A stretch of DNA of 64,000 nt. Source: Longimicrobiales bacterium (lineage in GTDB: Bacteria > Gemmatimonadota > Gemmatimonadetes > Longimicrobiales > Gaopeijiaceae). The stretch is taken from NCBI GenBank assembly GCA_041690395.1, contig JAWLHJ010000002.1, positions 596,751-660,750 on the forward strand, in the 5' to 3' direction. The position numbers and the translations under genes are program-made. Within the stretch, counting starts at the first letter, position 1. Each line of letters begins with the position of its first letter. This document shows, piece after piece, positions 39,320 to 49,246 of this stretch. The notes under the pieces are model-generated. The model did no database searches. It was not told the origin of the DNA and saw only the letters and a program-made list of their open reading frames with translations.

Positions 39320-39413
39320 GGTGCCTCCAGATAGGGGTCCGACGGACCATCCCGTTCCTTCGCGGGAATGTCAAGCGCGAAGGTCGCTCGCTGTTCCGAC
39401 CCGCCCGCCCGCC

Positions 39414-42113
39414 CTACTCCGCGTTGAGCGTCTCGAGCGGATCCGTTCGGCCCGCCCGATACGCCGGGAACCAGGACGCGGCGACCGCGGTGACGAAAAG
39501 CACGACCCCGGCCGACGCGAGGGCCAGCGGATCCGTGGCGGACACGCCGTAGAGCCAGCTCTCGAGCAGGCTACCCGCCGAGTAGGCCGCTACGCCCCCG
39601 ACGATCACGCCGAGGGCGGCATGGGTGACTCCATTCCGCAGGACCTCGCCCTGGATGCGTGCCCGCCCGGCCCCGAGCGCGATGCGGATGCCGAGCTCCT
39701 GCCGCCTCTGCCCCACCGCGTAGAGCAGCGTGCCGTACAGCCCCGCGGCCGCGAGCAGGAGGGCCACGATGCCGAACGCACCGAAGAGGACGGACCCGAA
39801 GCGGCGCGCCGCGGACGAGCTCGACACCCAGTCCTCGAGCGGGTCGACGGCGGGGACGGGCAGCGTGGGCTCCGCGGACCAGACCGCCTCGCGCACCGTC
39901 CGCGCGAGCCCCTCTCCCGGACCCTGGACGCGCAGCGCGAACGTGGCCCGGTCGATCGGGAACGGGACGGCCTCGACGGGCAGGTACACGGCGTAGTCGT
40001 GGGGTTGGTCGAGGCCGTAGTGCCGCGTGTCCTCGGCGACGCCCACCACCACGGACCCACCCCGCAGCTCGGTCAGCTCCCGCCCCACCGCGGCTTCGGC
40101 CGCCCCCCACAGCCGGACGGCGAACGCCTCGGACACGACGATAGGTACCGGCGAAGCGCCCGCGTCGAGCGCGTCCCAGGCACGCCCGGCCACCAGCTCC
40201 GTGCCGAGCGTCTCGAAGAAGCCTGCGCTCACGCCATGGAGGTCGATGCGGAACGGAGTCGCGTCCGGCTCATCCGGAGGCGTGAAGCGGTTGCCCCAAC
40301 AGCACCGGTCGCCGTTGACGTGCTCGAAGGGCATCTCGAGCCCGTACGTCGCCGAAGCCACCCCGGGGATCCCCTGGAGAGCCGCCAGCACGGCATCCAT
40401 GCGGGCACGATAACCGTCCGCCGTCTCGACGTTGGTGGGCGTCAGCGGAAGCACCCATACGTCTTCGGCCTCGACACCCGGATCGATGGAGGTCACGGAG
40501 AAGAAGCTCCTCATGAGGAGCCCGGCCGAGGCCACGAGCACCAGGGAGACCGCCACCTCGAAGACGACGAGCCCGCTCCGGAACGCCCGCAGCTTCCGTC
40601 CTCCGCTCACGCCCCGTCCGGCGCTCCTCAGGTCGTCGTGCACGTCCCGGCCCGCCGTGCGGAACGCCGGCACCAGGCCGAACAGCATGGCCGCCAGCAC
40701 CGCGAGCGCGAAGCAGACGAGGAAGACCCGAACGTCCAGGGTGGCATCGGCCCCGCGCGGGAGCTCGAGGGTCCAGCGGCGGAAGAACGCCAGGGCGCCC
40801 TGCGCCAGCATCAGTCCACCGGCCCCACCGGCGATCCCGACGACGAGGCTCTCCAGGGAGAGCTGTCCGAGCAGATTCCATGTCCCCGCGCCCATCGCCC
40901 GCCGCACTGCCATCTCCCGCGTGCGCGCGAGCCCTCGTGCCATGAAAAGGTGCGCCACGTTCACGCAGGCGACGAGCAGCAGAAGCCCCACGGCCCCGAG
41001 CAGAAGGAGCAGGCCTCCCCGTACGTCCGCGACCGTCGTCGCGTGCAGGTTGGCGAGCGGCCAGTCCTGTGGGCCTTCCGCGTAGTACTCGGGATAGGCG
41101 GCGGCGACGTCGACTTCGAGCTGGTCGATCCGCTGGTCGGCCTGCTCCAGCGACACCCCCGGGGCCAGCCGCGCGGAGATGCCGTGCGCATGATAGCCCG
41201 GGTTCTCGAAGCCCGGGTTCGCCCAATCGATGGGCCGGTAGAAGTCGGGCGCGTCACCCACTCGCGTGGGGTGGACGAAGTCTTCGCCCAGCACGCCGAC
41301 GACCTCGATGGGCTCCGCGTCGATGAGCATCGTCGAACCCACTACGTCCGGGTCCGAGCCGAACACGTCGCGCCACAGGGCGTGGCTCAAGACCGCGATC
41401 CCCACCTGGTCGCGGTCGGAGTCCACGATCAGCCGGCCGAGGAGCGGACGCGCAGCGAAGAGGGTGAAGAATTCGGGGGTCGTCTCCATGCGGCGCAGCC
41501 GGAGGGGATCGCCGTCCGGGCGCACGAGGTTCACGTCCGCCGTCGAGGTCGCCGTCCACAGCTCGAATGCCTCGATGCCGTCCAGACGCTCCAGAACGGG
41601 GCCGTTGTGCGACCCGTTGGTCAGGTACACCAGGCGCTCCGCCGCCGGATAGGGAAGCGGCCGCAGCAGCACGTGATCGACGACGGTGAAGACCGTCGTG
41701 ACCACACCGACGCCGAGGGCGATCAGCAGGACCGCCGCCGTCGTGAAGGTCCGCGCCTTGCCGAGCGAGCGCACCGTGAACCCCAGACTCCTCACCGCGT
41801 CTCCCATCATCCCCTCCCTGATCCCCCGTCGACCCGGCGCCCCCATGGCGCCGGTGATGCCCAGCCAGTCCAGCCATTCCGCCGCGACTACGCCGGGCAG
41901 TCGCCACAGCGCACGCGTCGTCACCCTCACCCGGGCCCACGCCGTCGGCGCTGCCGCGACCAGGTCCGCGAACGTCCGCTCCATCTCTCCACGATCGTGG
42001 TCCCGGAGCGGGCCCGGCGGCAGCGCGGCGAGCAGGAGGGCGTAGACGCGCTCCAGCGGACGCCTCCGGCGGCGGTCGCCGCGCCGCCCGGTGTGCCTGT
42101 CCCGCTCACCCAT
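39414..42113 (-). CDS. ADOP-type duplicated orphan permease (MacB/FtsX)
   Basis: ALGVGVVTTVFTVVDHVLLRPLPY, ACVNVAHL, REMAVRRAMGA, RQELGIRIALGA, DPLETLNAE. Confidence 0.92.
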   Translation of the reverse strand: MGERDRHTGRRGDRRRRRPLERVYALLLAALPPGPLRDHDRGEMERTFADLVAAAPTAWARVRVTTRALWRLPGVVAAEWLDWLGITGAMGAPGRRGIREGMMGDAVRSLGFTVRSLGKARTFTTAAVLLIALGVGVVTTVFTVVDHVLLRPLPYPAAERLVYLTNGSHNGPVLERLDGIEAFELWTATSTADVNLVRPDGDPLRLRRMETTPEFFTLFAARPLLGRLIVDSDRDQVGIAVLSHALWRDVFGSDPDVVGSTMLIDAEPIEVVGVLGEDFVHPTRVGDAPDFYRPIDWANPGFENPGYHAHGISARLAPGVSLEQADQRIDQLEVDVAAAYPEYYAEGPQDWPLANLHATTVADVRGGLLLLLGAVGLLLLVACVNVAHLFMARGLARTREMAVRRAMGAGTWNLLGQLSLESLVVGIAGGAGGLMLAQGALAFFRRWTLELPRGADATLDVRVFLVCFALAVLAAMLFGLVPAFRTAGRDVHDDLRSAGRGVSGGRKLRAFRSGLVVFEVAVSLVLVASAGLLMRSFFSVTSIDPGVEAEDVWVLPLTPTNVETADGYRARMDAVLAALQGIPGVASATYGLEMPFEHVNGDRCCWGNRFTPPDEPDATPFRIDLHGVSAGFFETLGTELVAGRAWDALDAGASPVPIVVSEAFAVRLWGAAEAAVGRELTELRGGSVVVGVAEDTRHYGLDQPHDYAVYLPVEAVPFPIDRATFALRVQGPGEGLARTVREAVWSAEPTLPVPAVDPLEDWVSSSSAARRFGSVLFGAFGIVALLLAAAGLYGTLLYAVGQRRQELGIRIALGAGRARIQGEVLRNGVTHAALGVIVGGVAAYSAGSLLESWLYGVSATDPLALASAGVVLFVTAVAASWFPAYRAGRTDPLETLNAE

Positions 42114-42116
42114 GCC

Positions 42117-42446
42117 TCAGCCCGACCGCCCCCGGGCCAGCGCCGGCCGCGCCTGGACCAGGAGCCGCTCCAGCCGGCCGACCTCCGCGGTCACGATGGC
42201 CCGCCCTCGCTCGGTGATCCGGTGCACCCGCCGTCGGTCGTCCTCGCCGTCCGCCTCCGCGATCCATCCGAGGTTCCGCATGCGCCGAAGCACCCGGTAC
42301 AGGTTGGCCGGGTCGAGGAGCACGCCCGACTCCGAGCGCTCCTCGACCGACTTGATGAGGCCGTAACCGTGTGACGGCCCCTCGGCCAGCACCGCGAGGA
42401 TCAGCAGGTCACGGGGCGCGAGGGGAAGGTGCTCCTGGATGTCCAT
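42117..42446 (-). CDS. PadR family transcriptional regulator
   Basis: LILAVL, HGYGL, LYRVLRRM, RRVHRITERGR; directly upstream of the ADOP. Confidence 0.92.
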   Translation of the reverse strand: MDIQEHLPLAPRDLLILAVLAEGPSHGYGLIKSVEERSESGVLLDPANLYRVLRRMRNLGWIAEADGEDDRRRVHRITERGRAIVTAEVGRLERLLVQARPALARGRSG

Positions 42447-42599
42447 GGCCTCTTATCGGTCGAGTGACTGACTGTCATTCTACAGATATTCAGACGGAGA
42501 CGCGCGCACAAGGGTTGCCTCCGTGCTGGTCAAGCGGCGCGACGCCCGCTACCGTGTGCCCGCCCGGATCCCACGACTCCCTATCCACGACACGCTTCG

Positions 42600-44213
42600 G
42601 TGAGCTCGAGCTCGTCCACATACGCCGCCGACCGGCGCGGACCTCCCGAGCCCGGCCGGCGGCCCGGCGGCGCGGCGCTACGCCCGCTCGCGCTCCCCGT
42701 CGCCTGCGGCACGCTGCTGTTGGCCGCGGCCTTCGTGTTCTACCGTGGCCACCCCGGTCTCTTCCCAGCGTTCGCGGGCGCGGGCGGCTTCCTTCTCGCC
42801 TGGGCGGCGCTGCTGGCCTGGCACCCCGAGCGGCGCGGGCTCGCCCTCGAAGTCGCCGTGCGGAAGCACCACTGGGTGCAGGCGCTGGCCCAGATCACCG
42901 TCCTCTTCTACTGGGGATGGCACGTCCGGTTCGTCTACGCGTTCCTGCCCCTCATCGTCGCGCAGATCGTCTTCGCCTACGGAGTGGACAGCCTTCTCGC
43001 GTGGACGCGGCGCGGGAAATATGCGCTCGGATTCGGACCGTTCCCGGTCATCATGAGCATCAACCTCTTCCTGTGGGTTCGGCCCGAGTGGTTCTACTGG
43101 CAGTTCGCGATGATCCTCGTGGGCTACCTGGGCAAGGACCTGATCCGCTGGCAGCGCGACGGACGATCGGCCCACATCTTCAACCCGTCGTCCTTCCCGC
43201 TCGCCGTCTTCTCCGTGGCGCTGATCCTGACGGGAACGACGGACATCACGCTCGGCCAGGCCATCGCGAGCTCGCAGTATTACCCGCCGAACATGTACCT
43301 GGTGATCTTCCTGGCGGCGCTGCCGGGACAGCTACTGTTCGGCGTGGCCCGGATGACGATGCCCGCGGTGATCACCGCTTACCTCATCAGCGTCGTCCAC
43401 TTCCAGATCGACGGCACGTATCTCTTCTTCGACTCGCACATCCCCGTGCCCGTGTTCCTGGGGATGCACCTCCTGTTCACGGACCCCTCCACTTCTCCCC
43501 GGAGCGATGCCGGTAGGATTCTGTTCGGGGTGATCTACGGGACCCTGGTCGCGATCCTCTACGTGGCTCTCGGGGCGGCCGGCATCTCGACGTTCTACGA
43601 CAAGCTCCTGCCGGTGCCGTTCATGAACCTCATGGTGCGACGGATCGACCGGCTCGTGAGCGGCCCGGCGGCGGCACCACCCCCCGCGGCCCGTCAGCCC
43701 CCCGCCCCGGCGACCGCCCGCCGCCGGAATCTGGCCTACACGTCGGCCTGGGCGCTCGCCTTCGCCGGGCTAAGCGTGGTCCAGGGGGTCGGCGACCGGC
43801 ACCCGGGCCAGGCGCTTCCCTTCTGGCAGGAGGTCTGCCGCGAGGGCAACAACGCCCGTGCGTGTGACTACGCCGAAGCCATGACCCGGTTCTACTGCGA
43901 GGACGGCTCGGGTTGGGCCTGCAACGAGGTCGGGATGATGGCGGCCGAGGCGGGGAGAGACCCAACGGCGGCGCTCCGCCGATCCTGCGACCTGGGCTTT
44001 CCCGCCGGCTGCGAGAACGCCCGCCTGGCGGCGGAGGGCCCGTCCGCGCTGGAGCGCATGCGGCGGGCCCCGCCCGAGCTGGAGGATCTGCCGATCGTGC
44101 TCCGGGGCACCAAGCGGCCGCTCGCGGGCTGGTCCGCCGAGGCCCTCCATGCCCGGGCATGCGACCAGGGATGGACCGCCGTCTGCGACGGGGGCATCGC
44201 CGGGACGAGCTAG
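42600..44213 (+). CDS. RnfD/NqrB-like membrane protein with a Cys-rich Sel1-like C-terminus
   Basis: Many TM helices, HIFNPSS, FTDPSTSP; tail with ACNEVG, SCDLGFPAGC and ACDQGW; start uncertain. Confidence 0.72.
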   Translation: MSSSSSTYAADRRGPPEPGRRPGGAALRPLALPVACGTLLLAAAFVFYRGHPGLFPAFAGAGGFLLAWAALLAWHPERRGLALEVAVRKHHWVQALAQITVLFYWGWHVRFVYAFLPLIVAQIVFAYGVDSLLAWTRRGKYALGFGPFPVIMSINLFLWVRPEWFYWQFAMILVGYLGKDLIRWQRDGRSAHIFNPSSFPLAVFSVALILTGTTDITLGQAIASSQYYPPNMYLVIFLAALPGQLLFGVARMTMPAVITAYLISVVHFQIDGTYLFFDSHIPVPVFLGMHLLFTDPSTSPRSDAGRILFGVIYGTLVAILYVALGAAGISTFYDKLLPVPFMNLMVRRIDRLVSGPAAAPPPAARQPPAPATARRRNLAYTSAWALAFAGLSVVQGVGDRHPGQALPFWQEVCREGNNARACDYAEAMTRFYCEDGSGWACNEVGMMAAEAGRDPTAALRRSCDLGFPAGCENARLAAEGPSALERMRRAPPELEDLPIVLRGTKRPLAGWSAEALHARACDQGWTAVCDGGIAGTS

Positions 44214-44254
44214 ACCGCAACGGTCGGGCGCGGCCCGCGGTGGCCCTTTTCGGG

Positions 44255-44283
44255 TTGCGGCTCGCCGGTCGAAATCATAGTCT
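44255..44283 (+). promoter_or_regulatory. Putative sigma70 promoter of susC/susD
   Basis: TTGCGG-N17-TAGTCT about 55 nt upstream of the ATG. Confidence 0.45.
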
Positions 44284-44337
44284 GCGGCAAGGAACCCCTC
44301 CTTTCCATTTTGTTCCACCAACCCGAGGAGAGCGATC

Positions 44338-47300
44338 ATGATCCCTCCAAAGTTGGTACGTAACGGTCTCACCGTTGCGCTGACTCTCTGTGCCCTGGCC
44401 TGGTCGGACACACTGGCCGCCCAGGACACGGGCCGCATCACGGGCGTCGTAACCGCGGCCGGTACGATGCGGCCTCTGGACGGCGCTCAGGTGACGATCC
44501 AGGGCACCGGCATGGGCGCCCTGACCAACGCCCAGGGCCGATACCTCATTCTGAACGTGCCTGCGGGCCAGCACACCGTTCAGGTCACGACGCTGGGGTA
44601 CAGCACCATTTCGCAGACCACCACGGTGCAGGCCGGCGGCACGGCCGAGGTCAGCTTCCAGGTCGAAGAAACCGCGCTCGCGCTCGACGAGATCGTCGTG
44701 ACGGGCACGGCCGCCGAGGTGCGCGCCAAAGAGGTGGGCAACTCCCTCGACGCCGTGACATCGCGAGACATCGAGAACCTCCCGGTGAGCAACACCCAGG
44801 ATATTCTCTCCGGACGCGCGCCCGGCGTGACCATCATGGCGAACAGCGGACAGGCCGGCGCCGGCGGCAGCATCAAGATCCGCGGCGTCAACACGGTCTC
44901 GCAGACGGCGTCCCCGCTCATCTACGTGGACGGGGTCCGCATCTACAACGAGCCCACGCGCGCGGGATGGGGTGGTCGTCAGTCCACCAACCCGCTGCAG
45001 GACATCGCCGCCGAGGACATCGAGCGGGTCGAGGTCGTGAAGGGCGCGGCCGCCACCACGCTCTACGGAACGGAGGCGTCCGCGGGCGTCATCCAGATCT
45101 TCACCAAGCAGGGCGTCAGCGGCGCTCCCATCTGGACCGGTGAGATCGGGTTGGGCGCCAGCCACATGCCCCAGTTCCTGGCCGACACCAGCGGGGACCC
45201 CACCGACCTCTACACGAAGTGCGGCGACCTGGACAACCTGTACTCGCTCAACGTCCAGGCGAGTCCTTCGGACCCCGATTTCGGTGACCGGGTCTACATG
45301 CAGGACCCGACCTGTCCGTCCGACGGCAACTGGCAGGAGCTCGGACCCATCCAGCAGTACTCGGTGTCGGTTCGTGGCGGCGCGGGTGACGTGACGTACT
45401 ACCTGTCGGGGAACTTCAACGACCAGCAGGGCATCCTCCCGACGCAGGGCTCCAAGGACGGCGGCTTCCGCGGCAACTTCGGCTTCGCGCCGACCGACGA
45501 GCTCAGCTTCTCGCTCAACAGCTCCTACACCCGCCGTGACACCCGCTGGGTCGCGGACGGGAACAACGCCGTCGGCTTCCTGCTCAACGTGGGCCGGGGC
45601 GCGCAGAACTACTTGAAGGGCGGCAAGGGCGACGACTGCGCCGATGTGCCCGCCGACCGGACCTGCATCACGAACGGGTATCTGTTCGAGCAGGACCTGC
45701 TCACGCAGGGCGACCACTTCATCACGGGCTTCACGGCCGAGTGGAACCCGATGGAAGGGCTGTCCAACCGGTTCACCGTCGGCTGGGACTATCTCGACCT
45801 CAAGAACGAGACGACGCGGCCGTTCGGAAATCTGTTCACGCCCGACGGCTATTTCTGGGACGAGAACACGACGAACACCAAGCTGTCGCTGGACTATGCC
45901 GGCTCGTTCCAGAACAGCTTCGGTGACGACGTGGCCTCCACCTTCTCCTGGGGTGGTCAGATCTTCCGCGACTACCACCGGTGGACGGAGCTGGACGTCG
46001 GCAACTTCGCCGGCCCCGGACGTCCGACCATCGACTCCGGCGCGGAAGTGACGTACCGGAACGAAAACCAGGTCAGTCAGACCAGCGCCGGCTTCTTCCT
46101 CCAGGAGATGCTCGGTTGGAAGGACCTCCTCTTCGTCACCGCCGGGATGCGCGTGGACGGCAACAGCGCGTTCGGTGAGAACTTCGGGCTTCAGGTCTAT
46201 CCGAAGCTGAGCGTGTCGTACATTCTGTCCGACTACGACTTCTGGCCTTCCGAGACGTTCGAGACCTTCAAGCTCCGTGCGGCGATCGGAGAGTCCGGCA
46301 AGGCGCCGCCACCGTTCGCCCGCGTGCGCACCTGGGGCGCGGCGAACATCGAGGGTCAGGCGGGCTTCACGCCCGACGACCCCGGCAACCCCGATGTCGG
46401 TCCGGAGCGCACACGTGAGCTCGAGGTCGGCTTCGACGCCTCGGCGATCCAGGGCCGTCTCGGTGTGGAGGCCACGTACTTCTCGGCCCGCACCACCGAC
46501 GCGCTGATCAACGTCGACCTTCCGGCCTCCGAGGGCTTCCTCGTCAACCGCACGACGAACGTCGGCGAGCTGCAGAACTCGGGCTTCGAGTTCCAGATCA
46601 CGACGGGGCTGCTGCGGACCGAGACCTTCGACTGGCGCGTCCGCACGAACATGTCGTTCCTCAGGTCCGAGGCCATCGACCTCGATGGTGACCCGGACTT
46701 CGACACCTGCATCTACGTCGGTCTTCTGTCCGAGATCTGCGAGGGTGCGCGGTTCCCGGTGCTGGTCGGAGACATGATCACGAATCCGGACGCGTTCGCC
46801 GACCCGGTGATCGTGGAGGACACGACCATCGGACCCACCTACCCGACGCGCATGATCGGCATCGGGACGACGCTGAGCATCGGCAACAACCTGACCGTCG
46901 ACGCGCTGCTCGAGCACCAGGGTGGACACTACCTGACCAACTACACCGGATACCAGAACGGCCGCCGGGGCGCCTGGTTCCCCTGCTTCGAGATCCAGGG
47001 GCAGATGATCGAGGCCTATGAGGGCAACGCGTCGGCGCTCGACGGCGTCACGGCACAGGAGCGCGCCCGCTGCGCCATCAGCAGCACCGTCAACCCGGGA
47101 TACGGCTACAGCTCCGACTACTGGATGGAGAAGGCCGACTTCTGGAAGCTCCGCCAGATCACCTTGAGCTACCGGCTGCCCGAAGGACTCCTGGCCTTCG
47201 CCCGGAGCGCCACGGTGAACCTCTCGGCCCGCAACCTGTTCATGTGGACCGACTACTCCGGCACGGACCCGGAGGTGCAGGACTTCGCGGACCAGACCGG

Positions 47301-47394
47301 TACCACGGTCGGAGGCGGCGAGTTCGGCCGGCGCGACTACTACCAGATCCCCAACCCGCGGACGTATATGCTCAGCGTCCGCCTCAGCTGGTGA
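44338..47394 (+). CDS. SusC/RagA-like TonB-dependent outer-membrane receptor
   Basis: Signal peptide, N-terminal extension, LDEIVVTG, IRG, PLIYVDGV, IERVEVVKGAAATTLYG, GVIQIFTK, C-terminal Trp. Confidence 0.95.
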   Translation: MIPPKLVRNGLTVALTLCALAWSDTLAAQDTGRITGVVTAAGTMRPLDGAQVTIQGTGMGALTNAQGRYLILNVPAGQHTVQVTTLGYSTISQTTTVQAGGTAEVSFQVEETALALDEIVVTGTAAEVRAKEVGNSLDAVTSRDIENLPVSNTQDILSGRAPGVTIMANSGQAGAGGSIKIRGVNTVSQTASPLIYVDGVRIYNEPTRAGWGGRQSTNPLQDIAAEDIERVEVVKGAAATTLYGTEASAGVIQIFTKQGVSGAPIWTGEIGLGASHMPQFLADTSGDPTDLYTKCGDLDNLYSLNVQASPSDPDFGDRVYMQDPTCPSDGNWQELGPIQQYSVSVRGGAGDVTYYLSGNFNDQQGILPTQGSKDGGFRGNFGFAPTDELSFSLNSSYTRRDTRWVADGNNAVGFLLNVGRGAQNYLKGGKGDDCADVPADRTCITNGYLFEQDLLTQGDHFITGFTAEWNPMEGLSNRFTVGWDYLDLKNETTRPFGNLFTPDGYFWDENTTNTKLSLDYAGSFQNSFGDDVASTFSWGGQIFRDYHRWTELDVGNFAGPGRPTIDSGAEVTYRNENQVSQTSAGFFLQEMLGWKDLLFVTAGMRVDGNSAFGENFGLQVYPKLSVSYILSDYDFWPSETFETFKLRAAIGESGKAPPPFARVRTWGAANIEGQAGFTPDDPGNPDVGPERTRELEVGFDASAIQGRLGVEATYFSARTTDALINVDLPASEGFLVNRTTNVGELQNSGFEFQITTGLLRTETFDWRVRTNMSFLRSEAIDLDGDPDFDTCIYVGLLSEICEGARFPVLVGDMITNPDAFADPVIVEDTTIGPTYPTRMIGIGTTLSIGNNLTVDALLEHQGGHYLTNYTGYQNGRRGAWFPCFEIQGQMIEAYEGNASALDGVTAQERARCAISSTVNPGYGYSSDYWMEKADFWKLRQITLSYRLPEGLLAFARSATVNLSARNLFMWTDYSGTDPEVQDFADQTGTTVGGGEFGRRDYYQIPNPRTYMLSVRLSW

Positions 47395-47405
47395 GGAGGC
47401 GAACC

Positions 47406-48626
47406 ATGACGCATTGGACCAAGACGACGAGACTCGCGACGCTGGCGGCCGCCGTGATGGCGGTCACCGCTTGCGACGGGCTCCTGGACGTGGACAGCCC
47501 CGGACGGATCGGGGACGACGACCTGGGCTCCGCCGACGCCATTCCCGGCATGGTGGTGGGGATGCAGTACGACATGAGCCAGGCCGTCGACGGTGGGCTC
47601 GAGCTCATCTCCATGGCCAGCATGGAGCTCTACCACGGCGGCAGCTACGGCTGGTCCGAGATCCCGAGAGGGACGATCGAGGACGACGATTCCAGCCCGT
47701 GGAACAGCGCCCAGCAGGCGCGTTGGGTCGCGGAGCAGGGTATCCTCCGCATGGGGGAGATCCTGGAGCCGGACCAGTTCGCCGAGAGCCCGTACGCAGC
47801 GGAGGCCAACGTCTGGGCCGGGTTCGCCAACCGGTACCTGGGCGAGGTCTTCTGCTCGAGCGTCATCGACGGCGGGCCTGAGATCGACCATGCCGAGCAC
47901 TTCACCCGAGCGGAGGGTTACTTCAGCGACGCGATCACCCTCGCGCAGGCCGCGGGCCGCACCGATCTCGAGCACGCGGCTTATGCCGGACGTGCCACGG
48001 TGCGCGCCTGGCAGGGCAACTGGAGCGGTGCCGCGACCGACGCCGCGGAGGTGCCGGTCGGCTTCACGTGGTGGGCGCAGCTCGACACGGAGATGCGCAA
48101 CGAGATCACCTACGAGACCCACACCCGCTTCGAGTACTCGGTGTGGGGCACGATCTTCGAGGATCACCCCGACGACCCGAGGGCTCCGTGGGAGATCGAG
48201 TTGAACAACGACATGACGGTGGCGAACGGCGCCAACGGCACTACACCCCACTACAAGCAGCTGAAGTACACGGATCGGGCGGATGACATCCCGCTCGCCA
48301 AGGGTACGGAGATGCTGGTGCTTCGCGCCGAAGCTGCGTTGCGTGAGGGTGCGTCGGGAATCCCGGCCGCGTACGACCTCATGAACGAGGCGCGCGACTA
48401 CTACGAGATGGACCCGCTGACCCCGACGGCGACCCTCGAGGAGGCGTGGGCCGACCTGCACTTCGAGCGGTTGGCTACGAACTGGATCGAGGGCCGAGGA
48501 CTGTGGGACTACCGCCGCTGGTCGCAGGAAACGGGCCCGGCGCAGAACAACGAGCTGGACGGACGCGACCTCTGCTGGCCCATTCCGGAGTCGGAGAAGG
48601 ACGCGAACGTGAACTTCAGAGGCTGA
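47406..48626 (+). CDS. SusD/RagB-like nutrient-binding lipoprotein
   Basis: GAGGAGG RBS, VTAC lipobox, EMLVLRAEA, EGRGLWDYRR, WPIPESE. Confidence 0.92.
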   Translation: MTHWTKTTRLATLAAAVMAVTACDGLLDVDSPGRIGDDDLGSADAIPGMVVGMQYDMSQAVDGGLELISMASMELYHGGSYGWSEIPRGTIEDDDSSPWNSAQQARWVAEQGILRMGEILEPDQFAESPYAAEANVWAGFANRYLGEVFCSSVIDGGPEIDHAEHFTRAEGYFSDAITLAQAAGRTDLEHAAYAGRATVRAWQGNWSGAATDAAEVPVGFTWWAQLDTEMRNEITYETHTRFEYSVWGTIFEDHPDDPRAPWEIELNNDMTVANGANGTTPHYKQLKYTDRADDIPLAKGTEMLVLRAEAALREGASGIPAAYDLMNEARDYYEMDPLTPTATLEEAWADLHFERLATNWIEGRGLWDYRRWSQETGPAQNNELDGRDLCWPIPESEKDANVNFRG

Positions 48627-48658
48627 CGCACACCACCGTCACATCTGAGAGAAACACG

Positions 48659-48689
48659 GCAGGGGCGGCTTCGGCCGCCCCTGCTTTTT
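48659..48689 (+). terminator. Intrinsic terminator after susD
   Basis: GCAGGGGCGGC-TTCG-GCCGCCCCTGC-TTTTT. Confidence 0.92.
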
Positions 48690-48739
48690 CTTAGATTTGG
48701 AACCGGTTGAACGCTCGACCGCAGACGAAAGGAGGGCCG

Positions 48740-49234
48740 ATGAGACACAGACCCATCCGCACCATGGCGGCCGTCAGCGTGGCCGCGTCGCTCCTCTCCG
48801 GCTGTTACACGTACCGGGCTGCGGAGCTTTCCGAAGTGGTTCCTCAGAGCCGCGTGAGGCTGACCGTGTCGGCACGCCAGGCCGTGGAGCTCGAGGAAGC
48901 GCTACGCGACACGCGGCGTACCTTCAACGCCACGTACATGGGCGAGAGCAACGGCGAGCTGCTCTTCGAGGTGCCTATCCTGAACCCCACGCCGGGGATG
49001 TCCTCCAGGGCCGTCAACAACCGGGTGTCGGTACCGCGGAGCGAGGTCACCGGCCTGGAGCGCCGGGAACTGTCGAAGTGGCGCACGGCTTCGGTGATCG
49101 CGGCCGGTGTCCTTGCCGTCGGCGTCGGCGCCTGGGAGGTGTTCGGCACGAACAACGACGGTCCCGACGAGGACAAGCCGCCGGATGTGAACAACGTCCG
49201 GATCCCGCTGTTCTCGTTCCCGATCGGTAGGTAG
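48740..49234 (+). CDS. Hypothetical lipoprotein with a C-terminal TM helix
   Basis: AGGAGG RBS, LSGC lipobox, hydrophobic segment near the C-terminus. Confidence 0.8.
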   Translation: MRHRPIRTMAAVSVAASLLSGCYTYRAAELSEVVPQSRVRLTVSARQAVELEEALRDTRRTFNATYMGESNGELLFEVPILNPTPGMSSRAVNNRVSVPRSEVTGLERRELSKWRTASVIAAGVLAVGVGAWEVFGTNNDGPDEDKPPDVNNVRIPLFSFPIGR

Positions 49235-49246
49235 CCGGGCTACGGC

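Noticed and set aside
39126..42374. 1082-aa plus-strand ORF
   Set aside because: Antisense shadow of the ADOP and padR genes with no recognisable domain
44275..46929. 884-aa minus-strand ORF
   Set aside because: Antisense shadow of susC caused by strong codon bias
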